A DNA stretch of 64,000 bases, taken from positions 1 through 64,000 of the forward strand of contig MU626284.1 in assembly GCA_025603075.1 (NCBI GenBank). Direction: 5' to 3'. The position numbers and the translations under genes are program-made. The DNA is from Neoconidiobolus thromboides FSU 785. Lineage: Eukaryota; Fungi; Entomophthoromycota. Of this stretch, positions 24,879 through 36,715 are shown piece after piece (the first letter of the stretch is position 1; each line of letters begins with the position of its first letter). The notes beneath the pieces are model-generated. The model saw nothing but the letters and a program-made list of their open reading frames with translations, was not told the DNA's origin and made no database searches.

Positions 24879-25493
24879 TTAATAACCAGGTGGCGAGTTA
24901 TCAATTTGATCATAATTAGGTGGTTTTGGCACGTAATCTACTCTCTCCACATCAGGTAGATGCATAATCCTTTGAAGTTCCAATTCATAACTTGCCCTTT
25001 CATTAGCCTCTAGACGTGGAATTAAACGCTTATTTACCCTTAAAAAAGTTTCAGTATCACGTATTGATCTTAGACGTCGATCCAAAAGCTAGAATTTTAA
25101 TTAATCTAATGATATAATCAACTTTGATAAATTTACATATACTTGAACACCAATAAAGATGGAGAGACCCAAAATGATAACTAGGGAGTAATATTGATAT
25201 AATTTTTGATCCAGAAATATATAACTAAATCCAAATAACACTCCTGAAATTAAAGGTAGTGTTAAAATTATTCGAAAAATGTATGTGCGTATGATAACTG
25301 CTTTCAATTCTTTTTTCAAATGAATATCACCATACATCATTACTTTATAACAGACTTGATTGAGATTACGCTTTAAAGTGTAATGTAGCTCTAAATGAAA
25401 TTTTTTCAAATGATTTATTCTTATATTAGTGTCTCCTAGCCATGGTTCATTATTATTAGTTGTAGATAACTCGATGGCATTTGCTTGAGCCAT
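24879..25493 (-). CDS. Uncharacterised 2-TM protein with PPxY motifs (about 188 aa; exons 25493-25137, 25088-24879)
   Basis: A phase-0 intron GTAAAT...TTCTAG (48 bp); CYKVMMYGD..LKKELK motif; tail KPPNY...SPPGY*. Confidence 0.85.
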
Positions 25494-26291
25494 ATTTTGA
25501 TCTATCCCTGCTGTTTATTTTCAAACTTTAAAGTTGAGAGTTGATTTTTTTAAATTTAAAAAATTATTTGTTATTTTCTCATATAAATCTTTTAAAGTTG
25601 TTCAATAACTGTATTTTATCAAAAGTAATTATATCTTCTATTTTCTGTATATTTGTTTTGTAAGTATCCCTTAGTCTTAATCACTTGACTGCCAGTTAAT
25701 TATCCGCATTCTAAAATTAGTCTATCTCTTTCAACCTTGTTCATTTTAAGATATAAATAGATTTTAAAAAGTATAAATAGGGCTTGCCTTTTTTATTTGG
25801 GTAAATTTAAAAGCTCAATTAAAATTAAGAATAAAATTCACTATTTCATTTTTGCTCATTTTCTAGTAGCGTAAGTTTTGAAGTATTAAATAATATTGAA
25901 AAAACATTCCTATGAGTAATTTTAAAGTTAAGCAAAGAAGCGGCTAATTCCTAGCACTTCGTGCTTAATTCACAATCCTTACTAAAAATCTATATCAGAC
26001 AGAATTAAACCAAGTCTTCAAACTAACTTATTTATAAATTACTGCTTATTATATTTTATAGTTTTGTTTTCAACTGAAAAAATTAGTATACTAATAATAA
26101 CTAAACTACAGGTTGAATAAAAAACAAATCTGCTAAAAATGACAAGCTATAATTTTTAACTATTTACTAGTTACTGGTATTAAGTATTTCAAAACTGATT
26201 TTATTAAAAAGGCAACTTTGCCTATATTTATACTTTATTGATATTTAAGTTTTTTTCGATTTTGACTTTTTTACAGTTTAAAGTAATATAT

Positions 26292-26387
26292 AGGAGTGTT
26301 TTTTTGTTTAAGAACTTTACTAACAATTTTTCCACTCGAATAACACTTAAAAAATGGAAAAATAATGAAATCAAAAAAAACATCCCC
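26292..26387 (+). mobile_element. MITE family copy
   Basis: ATAT-AGGAGTGTTTTTT...AAAAAAAACATCCCC-ATAT. Confidence 0.85.
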
Positions 26388-26448
26388 ATATTTATTAATA
26401 CTTAGACAGCTTTTGAACTTATTTATAGGTACTATTAATAGATGATAC

Positions 26449-26545
26449 AGTGATGTTTTTTTGGTTTTATCATTTTTTCATCTTTTAAGTGCTATTTGAG
26501 TGGAAAGATTGTTAGTAAAATTCTTAAACATAGAAATACGCCCCC
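26449..26545 (-). mobile_element. MITE family copy, inverted relative to the 26292 copy about 60 bp away
   Basis: Consensus interior in reverse; ends ...AAATACGCCCCC-ATAT. Confidence 0.8.
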
Positions 26546-27089
26546 ATATATATTTATTTTGTTATTTATTATATTCATTGTCGCTATTTTATATAAATTA
26601 CTAATAAACACTTTATAATTATAGTATTCTATATAACTTACTTTTTATCATATTTTATGTTTATAAATTTAAATTTGCTGTGAAAATTTATATTACTTCA
26701 TTATAAAAAATATTATTGCCTTATTTTAATATTTATATTTAGCAATTATAACAAGAAATAATTATTGTCATGTTTTATATATATATAGTTATTTAATTAA
26801 AATATAAAAAAACTTCTTAATATAATAATTCAAAGCTTTTTATTAAATTGTTTTTTAATATTATATTTTTTAATAAAACTTAAATTTTATATTGTTTTAT
26901 ATAACTTTTAGAGCAATATTGTTTATTTCATATAATCTATAGCTTATTATACTCCATTTTTCATAATTCAAGTCTATTTTAGTTTATATAAATTAAAATT
27001 AAAAAAAGTTTTTGCTTAATTAATTAGCTGTAGTTAAAAGGCTTTAGTTTATATAATTAAAATAGACTTGGATTGTGAAAATAGTATAT

Positions 27090-27174
27090 AGGGATGTTTT
27101 TTCTGGTTTCATTGCTTTTTCTATTTTTAAGCCCTATTTGGACGGAAAAATTGTTAGACATAAAATACATCCCC
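27090..27174 (-). mobile_element. MITE family copy (internal deletion)
   Basis: AGGGATGTTTTTT...AAAATACATCCCC-ATAT. Confidence 0.8.
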
Positions 27175-28795
27175 ATATAATAGACTATAATATTTTATAT
27201 AGATTAAAAAATCCTAGTTTTAATAATTAAAATTGATTTATAAATAAAAAAAAAGTGATTGTAAAATCTGGTACTCAGTGATTGGAATCAAAAATAGCTA
27301 TTGCCTGGTTGACTATACCATAAGTCGAAAGGTCTTAGTTTATGTGACTAAGATAGACTTAAATTATGGAGAATAACACGTAATAGGCTACAGACTATAT
27401 AAGACAAATAGAATAGACAATGCTAATGTAAAATCTATGTAAAATACTATTAAGAAAACTTATTGACTTTATTAAATGCTCGAGATATCAGGGAATAATT
27501 CAGTTAAAAAGCCTCTAGCTACTATATTTTAGAATCTCTTTTATACTCCGACAAATATAGATATCAAAACGAGAGGATAATATTCTTTGAGACGAAGATA
27601 GAAATTCTCATAGGAAATCAAAATAAAAGCATGTGGGATTAATTGTCTCTAAAATCGAAAACACAATAGCTTAGCCGATTATTATACTATAATTAACCAT
27701 GGGGTTGACAAAGCAATATTTCATATTTCACATTATATTAAAAATAATATATTTAAAAAACTAACAAAAATAATATAAAAAATAAAATAGGTTTATTAAA
27801 TTAGGCATAATAAAATTTTGAAAAAATATTATAATAAAAAGTTTTTTGTATTTCATATTAAAGTGCTATATATATATAATATACTAACAGTTAATTTTTT
27901 ATTATAGTTGTTAAATATTAATATTAATATTAAGATATAAACAGTATTTTTTACAATTAAAAATTAAAAATTTTATACCAAATTTGAATAAAAAATTTCA
28001 ACTAATTATGTATAAATTATAAATATATTTAATTTTAATATCAAAATGATTTAAAATGATATATAAATAATAATTAATAAATGTTTGAATTTTTTATTTT
28101 GAAATTTAAAAAATATAAATACATCTAAACTCTTTATTTCTAAAAGTATTTGATAAAAAGATAAATATAAAAAGTAAAGGGCTAACAGGTTATGGAAAAA
28201 GGAGGGTAAACTAGAATTACATTAATTTAAGCAGAGTTTTAGAAGTTTGCAAGGTTTTTTTAAAAAAGATAGGTTAAAAATCGGCTTTAGTTTCCTTTTT
28301 ATATAAATTTTTATAGACAAATAACAAGATTGAAGATAAAAATGAAAGGCCAATATACTCTATAATATTAAAAGTTTAGATACTTGTTTAATACAAAAAA
28401 AATACAAAAAAAATACAAAAAAGTAACTAATAAGTATAATGATTTTATTTAAAACATATTATTATTAAAGTCCCAATTTTGTTATCTTGATTCTAAATAA
28501 TTTAATTTTGTTTTCATCTCAACTTTAAGAGTATACCCGCAGTTAGTAGTTAGCTAAGTTTAAGGCAATTAATTTAAGTGGCTACTATTTTACCAAAAGA
28601 TGATGGTATATAATATGAATGTCAAATTCATAATTCAATCTATAAACTAAAGAAAAGTAAAAACAATTTTAAATGTTCAATAAATAAGTTCGTAAATTTT
28701 CGAACTTAGAAGTGAGCATTTTAAAATTTGAATTAATCTAATTTAATTATTTAATTTGTTTTAAAAATGATGTTGTGATTGTTGAATATTACATG

Positions 28796-28912
28796 TATTG
28801 AATATTATAAGTATTAAATATTATAAGTATTGAATATTATAAGTATTAAATATTATAAGTATTGAATATTATAAGTATTAAATATTATAAGTATTGAATA
28901 TTATAAGTATTG
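28796..28912. repeat. 16-bp minisatellite with strict A/B alternation (32-bp higher-order unit)
   Basis: TATTGAATATTATAAG and TATTAAATATTATAAG alternate for 7 units plus a partial unit. Confidence 0.95.
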
Positions 28913-29855
28913 TTTACAAGTGATTATAAAACAAACGTATATGTACAATAACTAAAGAATATAATCTTGCCATAATTTCATTAATAAACAATAATAGGGT
29001 GCCAAAGAAGATTTGACTATTCAAAGGAATAAAAATCGATTGAAGAACTGGACTTTGAGTTACTATGATTCCACCAGTCATTGTAGATCTCATATTAATA
29101 AACAAAAATCTTACTTTGGGTACCTTTCAGTGCCCAGTTTATGAAAACTGTTTCTATTTCATAGAAACTTAGATTAAGTCTAATTAACTTTATTTCTAAA
29201 ATTATCGGCATTATCTGTATTTCTTCAATTTCTTTGGAAGCTAGTAGCAGCAAACTTTCAATATTGTTTTGAGCAATTGTTTTTCTTATGGAAGCCCACA
29301 ACTCCCTTTTTTTAAATAAAATTAATTCAACTTCCACACATTCCATATCATCAAGGGTATCTTTATATTGATTAATTAAAAATTCCTCCCTAAATTGAAC
29401 CGATATTTTTAATTTTTTTTATAAACATCTTTGTTACTAGTTTATTTATCTTTCACTTTTAATTAAAACAAGGTTGGGTATAAAAGTTGTTTTAATGCAT
29501 TATCATTTGTCTTTGTTTTTATGCTATGATTTCGAATTGAATCATGTTGGTATTATGTTGTTAATTACCCATCTTCAAACTGGGCAAGATGAAATAATTT
29601 AAAAACGTCAAAAGAACTTTTATTACCTAATAATTGCTTGGCTTCTGCTTATTTAAATAATTTCACAAAATTAAAAGCGGTTAAATATAAGAGATTAGAG
29701 AATTAAAAGAGGTACATGATAAAATGATTTATTAGTTTTAAAAAATTATAAACAAATTAAAAAATGAAGGGAGGATGAAGTGTGATATTAAAGATTCTAT
29801 TAATTTTATAAAATTAATTTTATATAACATAATTATGTGATAATAAATAATATTT

Positions 29856-30395
29856 TTACAAACATGGGAATGGTAGTACTTCGCTAACATACCTTTCAAC
29901 TAGTATTATTTCATTTCGTTCTAATGCAAAACTAACTTTTTTCTTGCCTTTTACATTACTACGCACTATTGGCTCATTATGAGCAGCTACCTTTGAATAA
30001 TTAAGGTTAGCACGTACTCGATTTGGTGGGTTAGTAGATGTCGATAATTTAACTAAACCATTTGATTCGGAAATTAGTTTAGGTGAAGAAAAGGAACCAT
30101 TTGAAGAAGAAGTGGTACGTCTACGCCTACGATTACATAAGGTAATATCAGGTGTTTGATTCATTGGGGTTGATTGATCCTTTCTTAATGTAAACTTATT
30201 TCCACTTCTTTCAAACTTAGAACCAGGTTTTTGAATTTCTGTAAATAGTGCTGAGGCTAATGTAGTATAAGCATTATTACTCGTTAAATTATCAAAATCG
30301 GATTGCATAATTCCATCTAAAATTTCATGTACAGATAGATGCTTTTGAGTTGAATTAGCTAATACGGTTTCGGCGCAGCCGAGTAAACTTATCAT
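29856..30395 (-). CDS. Small protein (179 aa) with an N-terminal HARE-HTH-like domain and a C-terminal RVxF-type motif
   Basis: Intronless ORF with AAAAATG start. SLLGCAETVL...LSVHEILDGIMQS...LT...TTLASAL...KFER...FTLRK fits the recalled HARE-HTH pattern; KKKVSF near the C-terminus. Confidence 0.65.
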   Translation of the reverse strand: MISLLGCAETVLANSTQKHLSVHEILDGIMQSDFDNLTSNNAYTTLASALFTEIQKPGSKFERSGNKFTLRKDQSTPMNQTPDITLCNRRRRRTTSSSNGSFSSPKLISESNGLVKLSTSTNPPNRVRANLNYSKVAAHNEPIVRSNVKGKKKVSFALERNEIILVERYVSEVLPFPCL

Positions 30396-31439
30396 TTTTA
30401 AAATTATTATTATTTATAACCAAATATACATAAACTGAGAAAAGAGATTGTATCGAATTGAATCTCTCTTTGTTGAAAAATTATTTAAAAATACGTAAAG
30501 TTATATACTTCTAATAAAGGTTGATGAATTAGGTTAAAGGAGGTTAATGTAATTTACAAATTAATCAATTGATATTGTTTTAAATTATAAGGGGAATGAA
30601 ATTAGTATAAAAATATTAGATTAGAATTAAAAGATAAAACTTTTTTAAATTTGGGTTCTCTACCCATTCTATTTATATTTTTTGGATTTATTGCTATTAT
30701 TGGTTAGGGATACTTTACTAGTTAATGATGGATTATTCTTCATATTATCCAATCAATGACCAATATTTATGAATTTCTGGGGAGAATCGTTTTAAATGGC
30801 TAAATACTATTGGCTTTATAAGTTGATTTTAACGATCATCTTACCATCATTGTTAATTGGCTTTTTATTGATTTGAGGCTTTAACTGAAGATAAGGAAAT
30901 AAAAGCAACCAATAAAACAACATTAGTTTAAACTATTAACCAATTATATTAGAATTATTTGGTTATTGAAAATATTTAGATGATTTCAAAAAACCTAAAC
31001 ACATGCTTACTAAATTTTAACTCCAAACTTGACTTTTATAACGTTTGGGTGCTAATTGTAAGTAGAATTAAAATCAACAAATATCATATTCAAATACCAT
31101 GAAAATAAAATTAGATCATGATCAATTAAAAAATTATCAACAAAAGAAAATGAATAATAGCTATTAAAACATGAATAACATAATACGCTTAATAATATAT
31201 AATAATGAATTTCAATTATAACTGAATATTGATTCAGATTTCAATTCACTTAAATAATAATTACTGCTTACTTAAAACACAATGTTTAAACTTTAATTTT
31301 GAAACAACATAAAATGAATTGAATTTCACCTCTTCCTTCATAATAAAACTTTATTATTTTAATTCAAATGTATAAAATTAATAATTATTTTCATATATAT
31401 TTTAAAATAAAATAAAATAATATATAGTATAAAATATAT

Positions 31440-31478
31440 AATATAAAATATAAAATATAAAATATAAAATATAAAATA
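31440..31478. repeat. (ATATAAA)n simple repeat
   Basis: About 5 tandem 7-bp units. Confidence 0.8.
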
Positions 31479-34164
31479 GACTTGTTACACATTATAAATA
31501 AATCAAATAAAAATTATAATAATAAAAAAACACGAAATTAGTATTGTCAGTTTGAAAAGACATTCATCAACTTGATATAGTCAAATGGATTTTAACTAAA
31601 TTAAGTTGTAATTGAACACTTTTTTTACATTTTAACACGTATTATTAGAAATCAACAATGTTCGTTAAGATCATATTGTTCATCACACCTTTACTTATTT
31701 TATCCTTAAATTTATAATCTTTAGAATGAATCGAAATCTCCCTTGTTTTTTATATTCTAAATAAATCGTTTTGGTTAAACTTATTAACCAAAACTACTTC
31801 AAAACAAAACGTTCTTTTGTTGATTACCCTGAAGTTGCCATTTGTTATTTTTCCCTAAAAATAGCTGAAAAAACTTTACTAAAGTAACAATTTAATTTGA
31901 TTCGTTAATTTGAAGCTAATAAAGTATTATGTGAATTAAAGAATTCAAACTCAAGAATAAACAATGAAGTACAGCATCAAAACGATGTTTCAATAAAAAG
32001 ATAGTTCTATTTAATAAAAGAAATCGAAATATATCATTTTGATTATTAAGTTTATCTAAATAAAATAGTTTAAGAAATTGTTAACTAACTTCAAATTGTT
32101 TAAGATTAATATTCTTTCAGATTAAAATGATTCGTTTTAATATCCTAAGTTAAAATAATCATCAAATAATCAGGGATAATAATAAGCTTCAATTCAAACG
32201 ATTTTATAAAGTCATTTGTGAATTGATCTATTTATAAACTAGTTTTTAATACATTGAAAAATGATCCTTACATATCTAAGATTTTAGGCTATTGAATTGT
32301 TTTATTTTATTTTATTTATTTTATAATCAATAATTGCAAAACACAGCAATCTATGAATATTTTGTGTTCTCACTATACCCAAAGTAAGAAAAAGAATAAG
32401 CAGTTAAATGATACCTATTTGAATATTTAGCTTAATAAAATTTAGATATTTAACCATATTTTCAATGAGTTCTAAAATTAGAGTAGTATAGTTTATTCTG
32501 AAGTTTTCTTAGGTTTCAATTTTTTTTTAATTAGGCAATAATACTAGTTGAACCTAATTTACAAGAAGATTGAACTTGAACTTAAATCTCTTTTAACTGT
32601 TATTGGTTGGAAGGTTAAAAGAATCATGTTAATAAGTGGATAGTGGATCCTAAATTATAAATTGGACATTTAAAGTTAACTTGATTATTTAATTTGTTTT
32701 AATGGCAGTTGAATTAAAAACTAAGTTGGAATTGCAAAAAGTTGTATCTTTTTCAATTTAGTTTTCTCGCAATTTTATGCTTTAAAATACAAATTCTCTT
32801 ATTTTACTATATTTAGAAAGTATGATTATTTTTCCAGTATTATTAAGTTTTAACATAACATTTTAAAATAAGGTTATTTAATAAACTTTCTTAATAGTAT
32901 CTTAATGAGTATCAAACTGCCTTTTTATTTATAAATAAAAACGATATAGAATATTTTCAATACTTCTAATTGATTGAATAATTACAGGGTATATTCTATT
33001 AATTAAATATAAAATACAAAGCAAAATGATGAATTTTTATGCTTAACTATAAATGCTCTATAATTCAAGATGAATAGACAAATATATAAATTCGAAGAAA
33101 TAGAATAATGGGATCGAGTATTTATACAGTTATATAAAAATAGTTGTTAAATGTTAAGAAACCGTCCAATTGATTGTTTGATATGAAAATCTTAATAAAA
33201 AAGGAGTGGTAAAAAAAGTGAAAATTATTATGATGGTTAAAACTCCGTTATTAAACTTAAGTAATGTATTAGAAAATTGCTTTATTTTAGCTTGTTTTTT
33301 TGTAAAACTGCTAATGAAAGTATAAGAAAAGATGAAGAAAGGTTATATTAGAGGCTGAATCTAATTAGACTATATAAAATAGCTCCATTTTTATCTATAT
33401 AATGTTTTACACTTTAAGGCCCATCTTAATTAAGCTAATATCTATAAAATATTTAAATGATAAATCATCGTTCAAAGTCGTAACAGGATAATTATAGATA
33501 ATAAATTGATTATTTAGTTATAAATATACAAACAGTGGATCCCAATTTTAATAAAAAACTAGTATTTATTATTTTTTATTATCAAAATGTTAGTATTTCA
33601 ATTTTCTCATGTTATCACTTATTTCAATAAAAGCAACAATCTAATTTCAAAAACAAGTAATAAATGCCCACTTTTTTTTCGATAAAGTAAAATGTATAAA
33701 AATAAAAAATTTCGTTTGTTAACACATAGAAAGAGGGCAGTTTTTTATGTTTAGCAAATTAGCTTGAACTATACTAAAGAAACTTTAAGTAATTAAACTA
33801 CTTAAAACTGTCTTCATAGTTTTATTGATTAGTCAAGTTGATTAAATTGTGTGACAGAAACCTATACTAGCTACTACTTGTAAAAACATATCAATACGTT
33901 TTCTAACAACGTATTAAATAACAATAAAAGTATATAAAATCATACATAATTTGATTCATTGATAACTAGTTAATAAAATAATAAGTTTTCTTACCTTTGA
34001 TTATTATATAATAATAGCTATAGTTTATTTGATTTTTTCAAGGTGGAAGCTGTAATGTTCAATAAATTAGTTTTTAGTTTAAGAATTTTAAGTTCTAAAA
34101 ACTGATAATATTAAATATTAGAAAATAAAAAATAACAGCTATTAAGTTTGATGAAGATAATTTA

Positions 34165-34210
34165 TAATATAATATAATATAATATAATATAATATAATAT
34201 AATATAATAT
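34165..34210. repeat. (AATAT)n microsatellite
   Basis: About 9 tandem 5-bp units. Confidence 0.9.
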
Positions 34211-34452
34211 CATTTTTAATAATTTTACAAAAGTTATTAACTTTTATTTGATCGTATTTGATAAAAGTAAATCATTTAAATTTGAATATTTGAAGTCATT
34301 TGGATATCAGATTAAAATGCAAATATAAAATCAAAATAAAAAAGAATAAGTTAGTCAATGTTTTGAAATGAAACAAATGCGACACCAAGTTAACAAATTT
34401 AAAACATATTTTAACATTAATTTATTAGCAATAATATATATGAAATCTATTA

Positions 34453-34547
34453 AGGAAATGCCTTTTGTTTCATTACTTTTTCTATTTTAAACATTATTTT
34501 ATTGGAAAGATTGTTAGTAAAATTCTTAAACAAAAAAATACATTTTC
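34453..34547 (-). mobile_element. Degenerate MITE copy
   Basis: TTTCATTACTTTTTCTATTT...TTGGAAAGATTGTTAGTAAAATTCTTAAACAAAAAAATACAT. Confidence 0.65.
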
Positions 34548-34881
34548 ATTATTATAATAGAATCTACTCATACTATTAACATCCTTCTATTTTTATTAAA
34601 ATGATATAACTATTCAAATCATAAGCATCGAATGACTTTGATGGCTTGATATTTCTGAAACAAGAAATCTAAAACCATGGGGAAACTTAACCAATAATGT
34701 GCATTTTAATAACTTGAATACTCAAGAATGTGACTGCTTTATTACGTTGACAATTGAATAAAAAAACGTAAGTTCAAAAAAAAGTATATAAACAGAAAAA
34801 CCTAAAGAGTTACAAGTAAGAAAAAAAGAAAATAAACAGAGTAAACTATTAACTTTTATTATTTAAAAAACCAAACAGAAT

Positions 34882-35511
34882 ATGCCCATTGCCAGTAGTC
34901 AAAAGAAAAAATCCCTAAAATTATTAGTACTTGGAGAAGAAGCTCACGGAAAGACAACGTTTACTGCTGCATTATCCAAAATATTAGCAGTTAAAAGCGT
35001 GAATAAAGCTACTCCATTAGATGAAATTGAAGATACTGATACCCAAAAGATAAAGACATCCGATGGTGATAAAATTCAAGTGAATTTTTCTAAAGTAGAT
35101 ATCGAAAGTGATAAGCTAAATTTAATGTTATATGATTTCCCTAATCACAATGAATTTATGGATTTTATTCAAAATACTCAAGAAAGTATTGATGGAGTTA
35201 TATTAGTAGTAGATGCAGTGGAATGTTCTGGGGAAAACACAAAAGAACAATTGAAGGCCGTGAGTGCTAAATTAAAAGATACTAAAAACATGATTGTATT
35301 TTTAAACAAAGTTGATTTAACAGAAGATAAAGATCAAATTGATTTAGCCGAATTGACTACTAAAGATATGCTTACTGGACTTAATATTACTCCAGATTCA
35401 ATCCCCTTTTATCGTGGTTCTGCTTCCGCTGTCATTGATTCCAATGATAGAAAATCTTCAAAACCTTTTGTGGATTTTATGAAAGGCGTCAATAAACTTC
35501 CTTCTCATTAA
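34882..35511 (+). CDS. Stand-alone EF-Tu-like G-domain protein (209 aa), with no domains II/III and degenerate switch motifs
   Basis: GEEAHGKTTFTAALSKILA (cf. GHVDHGKTTLTAAITKTLA), YDFPNH (cf. VDCPGH), DGVILVVDA, IVFLNKVD, PFYRGSA. Intact, intronless ORF whose stop falls at the end of domain I. Confidence 0.85.
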   Translation: MPIASSQKKKSLKLLVLGEEAHGKTTFTAALSKILAVKSVNKATPLDEIEDTDTQKIKTSDGDKIQVNFSKVDIESDKLNLMLYDFPNHNEFMDFIQNTQESIDGVILVVDAVECSGENTKEQLKAVSAKLKDTKNMIVFLNKVDLTEDKDQIDLAELTTKDMLTGLNITPDSIPFYRGSASAVIDSNDRKSSKPFVDFMKGVNKLPSH

Positions 35512-36715
35512 GTGATATTGAAAGGTATTAATCTACTTTTTTCTTATTAAATTTTGGTATGTATAATATATATTATTAAATAAATAAATATATATTATAA
35601 TTTGGTTTAAATTTCTTTTAATTGATTTGTTTTGATTTTTAAGTAGTTCTGGTTGGATTTTAAATAATGATTTGTAGAATAAATACAAGGTTAGTTGGTC
35701 CTACACTTTCATTCTTTGTTGTAAGACAATACTTTTAAAATATTTAATTTGATAAAATTAAATTTCGATATTGTTCATCTTTATTCTACCACTTAAAATA
35801 AGAGTTTATCCTTTATCATATAACATCTCCATTTTAGCTCATTTCCTTACTTTACTAATTATTGATCTTATTATTTAAGTGCTTCATTGAGTGATACTAT
35901 AAAAAGGTATTTGAATTTTCGTCCAGTTCAATTGTAACAATAATTTGTATTTCTAAGTTTGAATCTATCTCTCATTTGTCACTTTAAATATTCAAAATTT
36001 TAATAATTAATTGGAAGTTCCTGAAGGATGAAGTTTTAAATATCATTATTTATTTTAACTTTAAGATCAAATTAATGAAATTAATATTTAATTGTTTTAA
36101 TAAAACTAATAAATAGAATTTCCAAGTATTACACTCATGTTTTCAATAAATAGATTAATTATTGAACAAAATCAACTTAAGAGAGATAATCATTTATCAG
36201 TAAAATGTTTATAGAAGGTAGAGAGAAAACCCAACTCCATTTTATTGAATCTTCTATAGTCAGATAATTAAAGTGAAATTTATTTTATTACAAATCTTGA
36301 GATAAGTTATTATTGAATTTTAGTATTTCATATAATAATGAAATAATGTATAAGGTTATAATCATTTTTATATTAATCGACAACTCTGTTTGATAAGACG
36401 AACTTTTAAGTAAACACTTGAATTTTTATTAAATAGTTGAATTATTCACATATTCTGAATCAAACATTATCTTCCTTTTTGATATAAAATTGAAGTTAAG
36501 ATTTTATTTAAAATAAAAAGTTTAAGAACATATAGTAAAAATAAACAAAGAAAAGAATAATTAAAGTTTGTATTCTATTATAAAATAAAACAATAATTTC
36601 AATCAATAGATTTATTATTATATTAATTTTAACAATAAATAACCAAAGTGCAAATGGAACTATATATATATATTAAAATTTTTGTCTCTCAATTAATTAA
36701 TAATTTCTTCTTTTA

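Noticed and set aside
25771-26233. Imperfect inverted repeat GTATAAATA..GGC..TTGCCTTTTT bounding about 460 bp
   Set aside because: Short, gapped, AT-rich and seen only once; no TSD or second copy to support a transposon call
28914-29346. ORFs 28914-29105 and 29095-29346, and similar Leu/Ile/Asn-rich frames at about 35.7-36.5 kb and 57.8-58.5 kb, possibly F-box/LRR relics
   Set aside because: No diagnostic motif could be confirmed by eye; a BLASTX search would be needed
31584-32300. Frame that reads through if TAA/TAG encode Gln
   Set aside because: Stop density (roughly 1 in 10 codons) is what random DNA of this AT content gives; no recognisable protein
34882-35511. Bacterial contamination as the source of the EF-Tu-like ORF
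   Set aside because: Embedded in AT-rich DNA with a host MITE upstream, no operon or str-cluster neighbours, and far too diverged for a functional bacterial tuf
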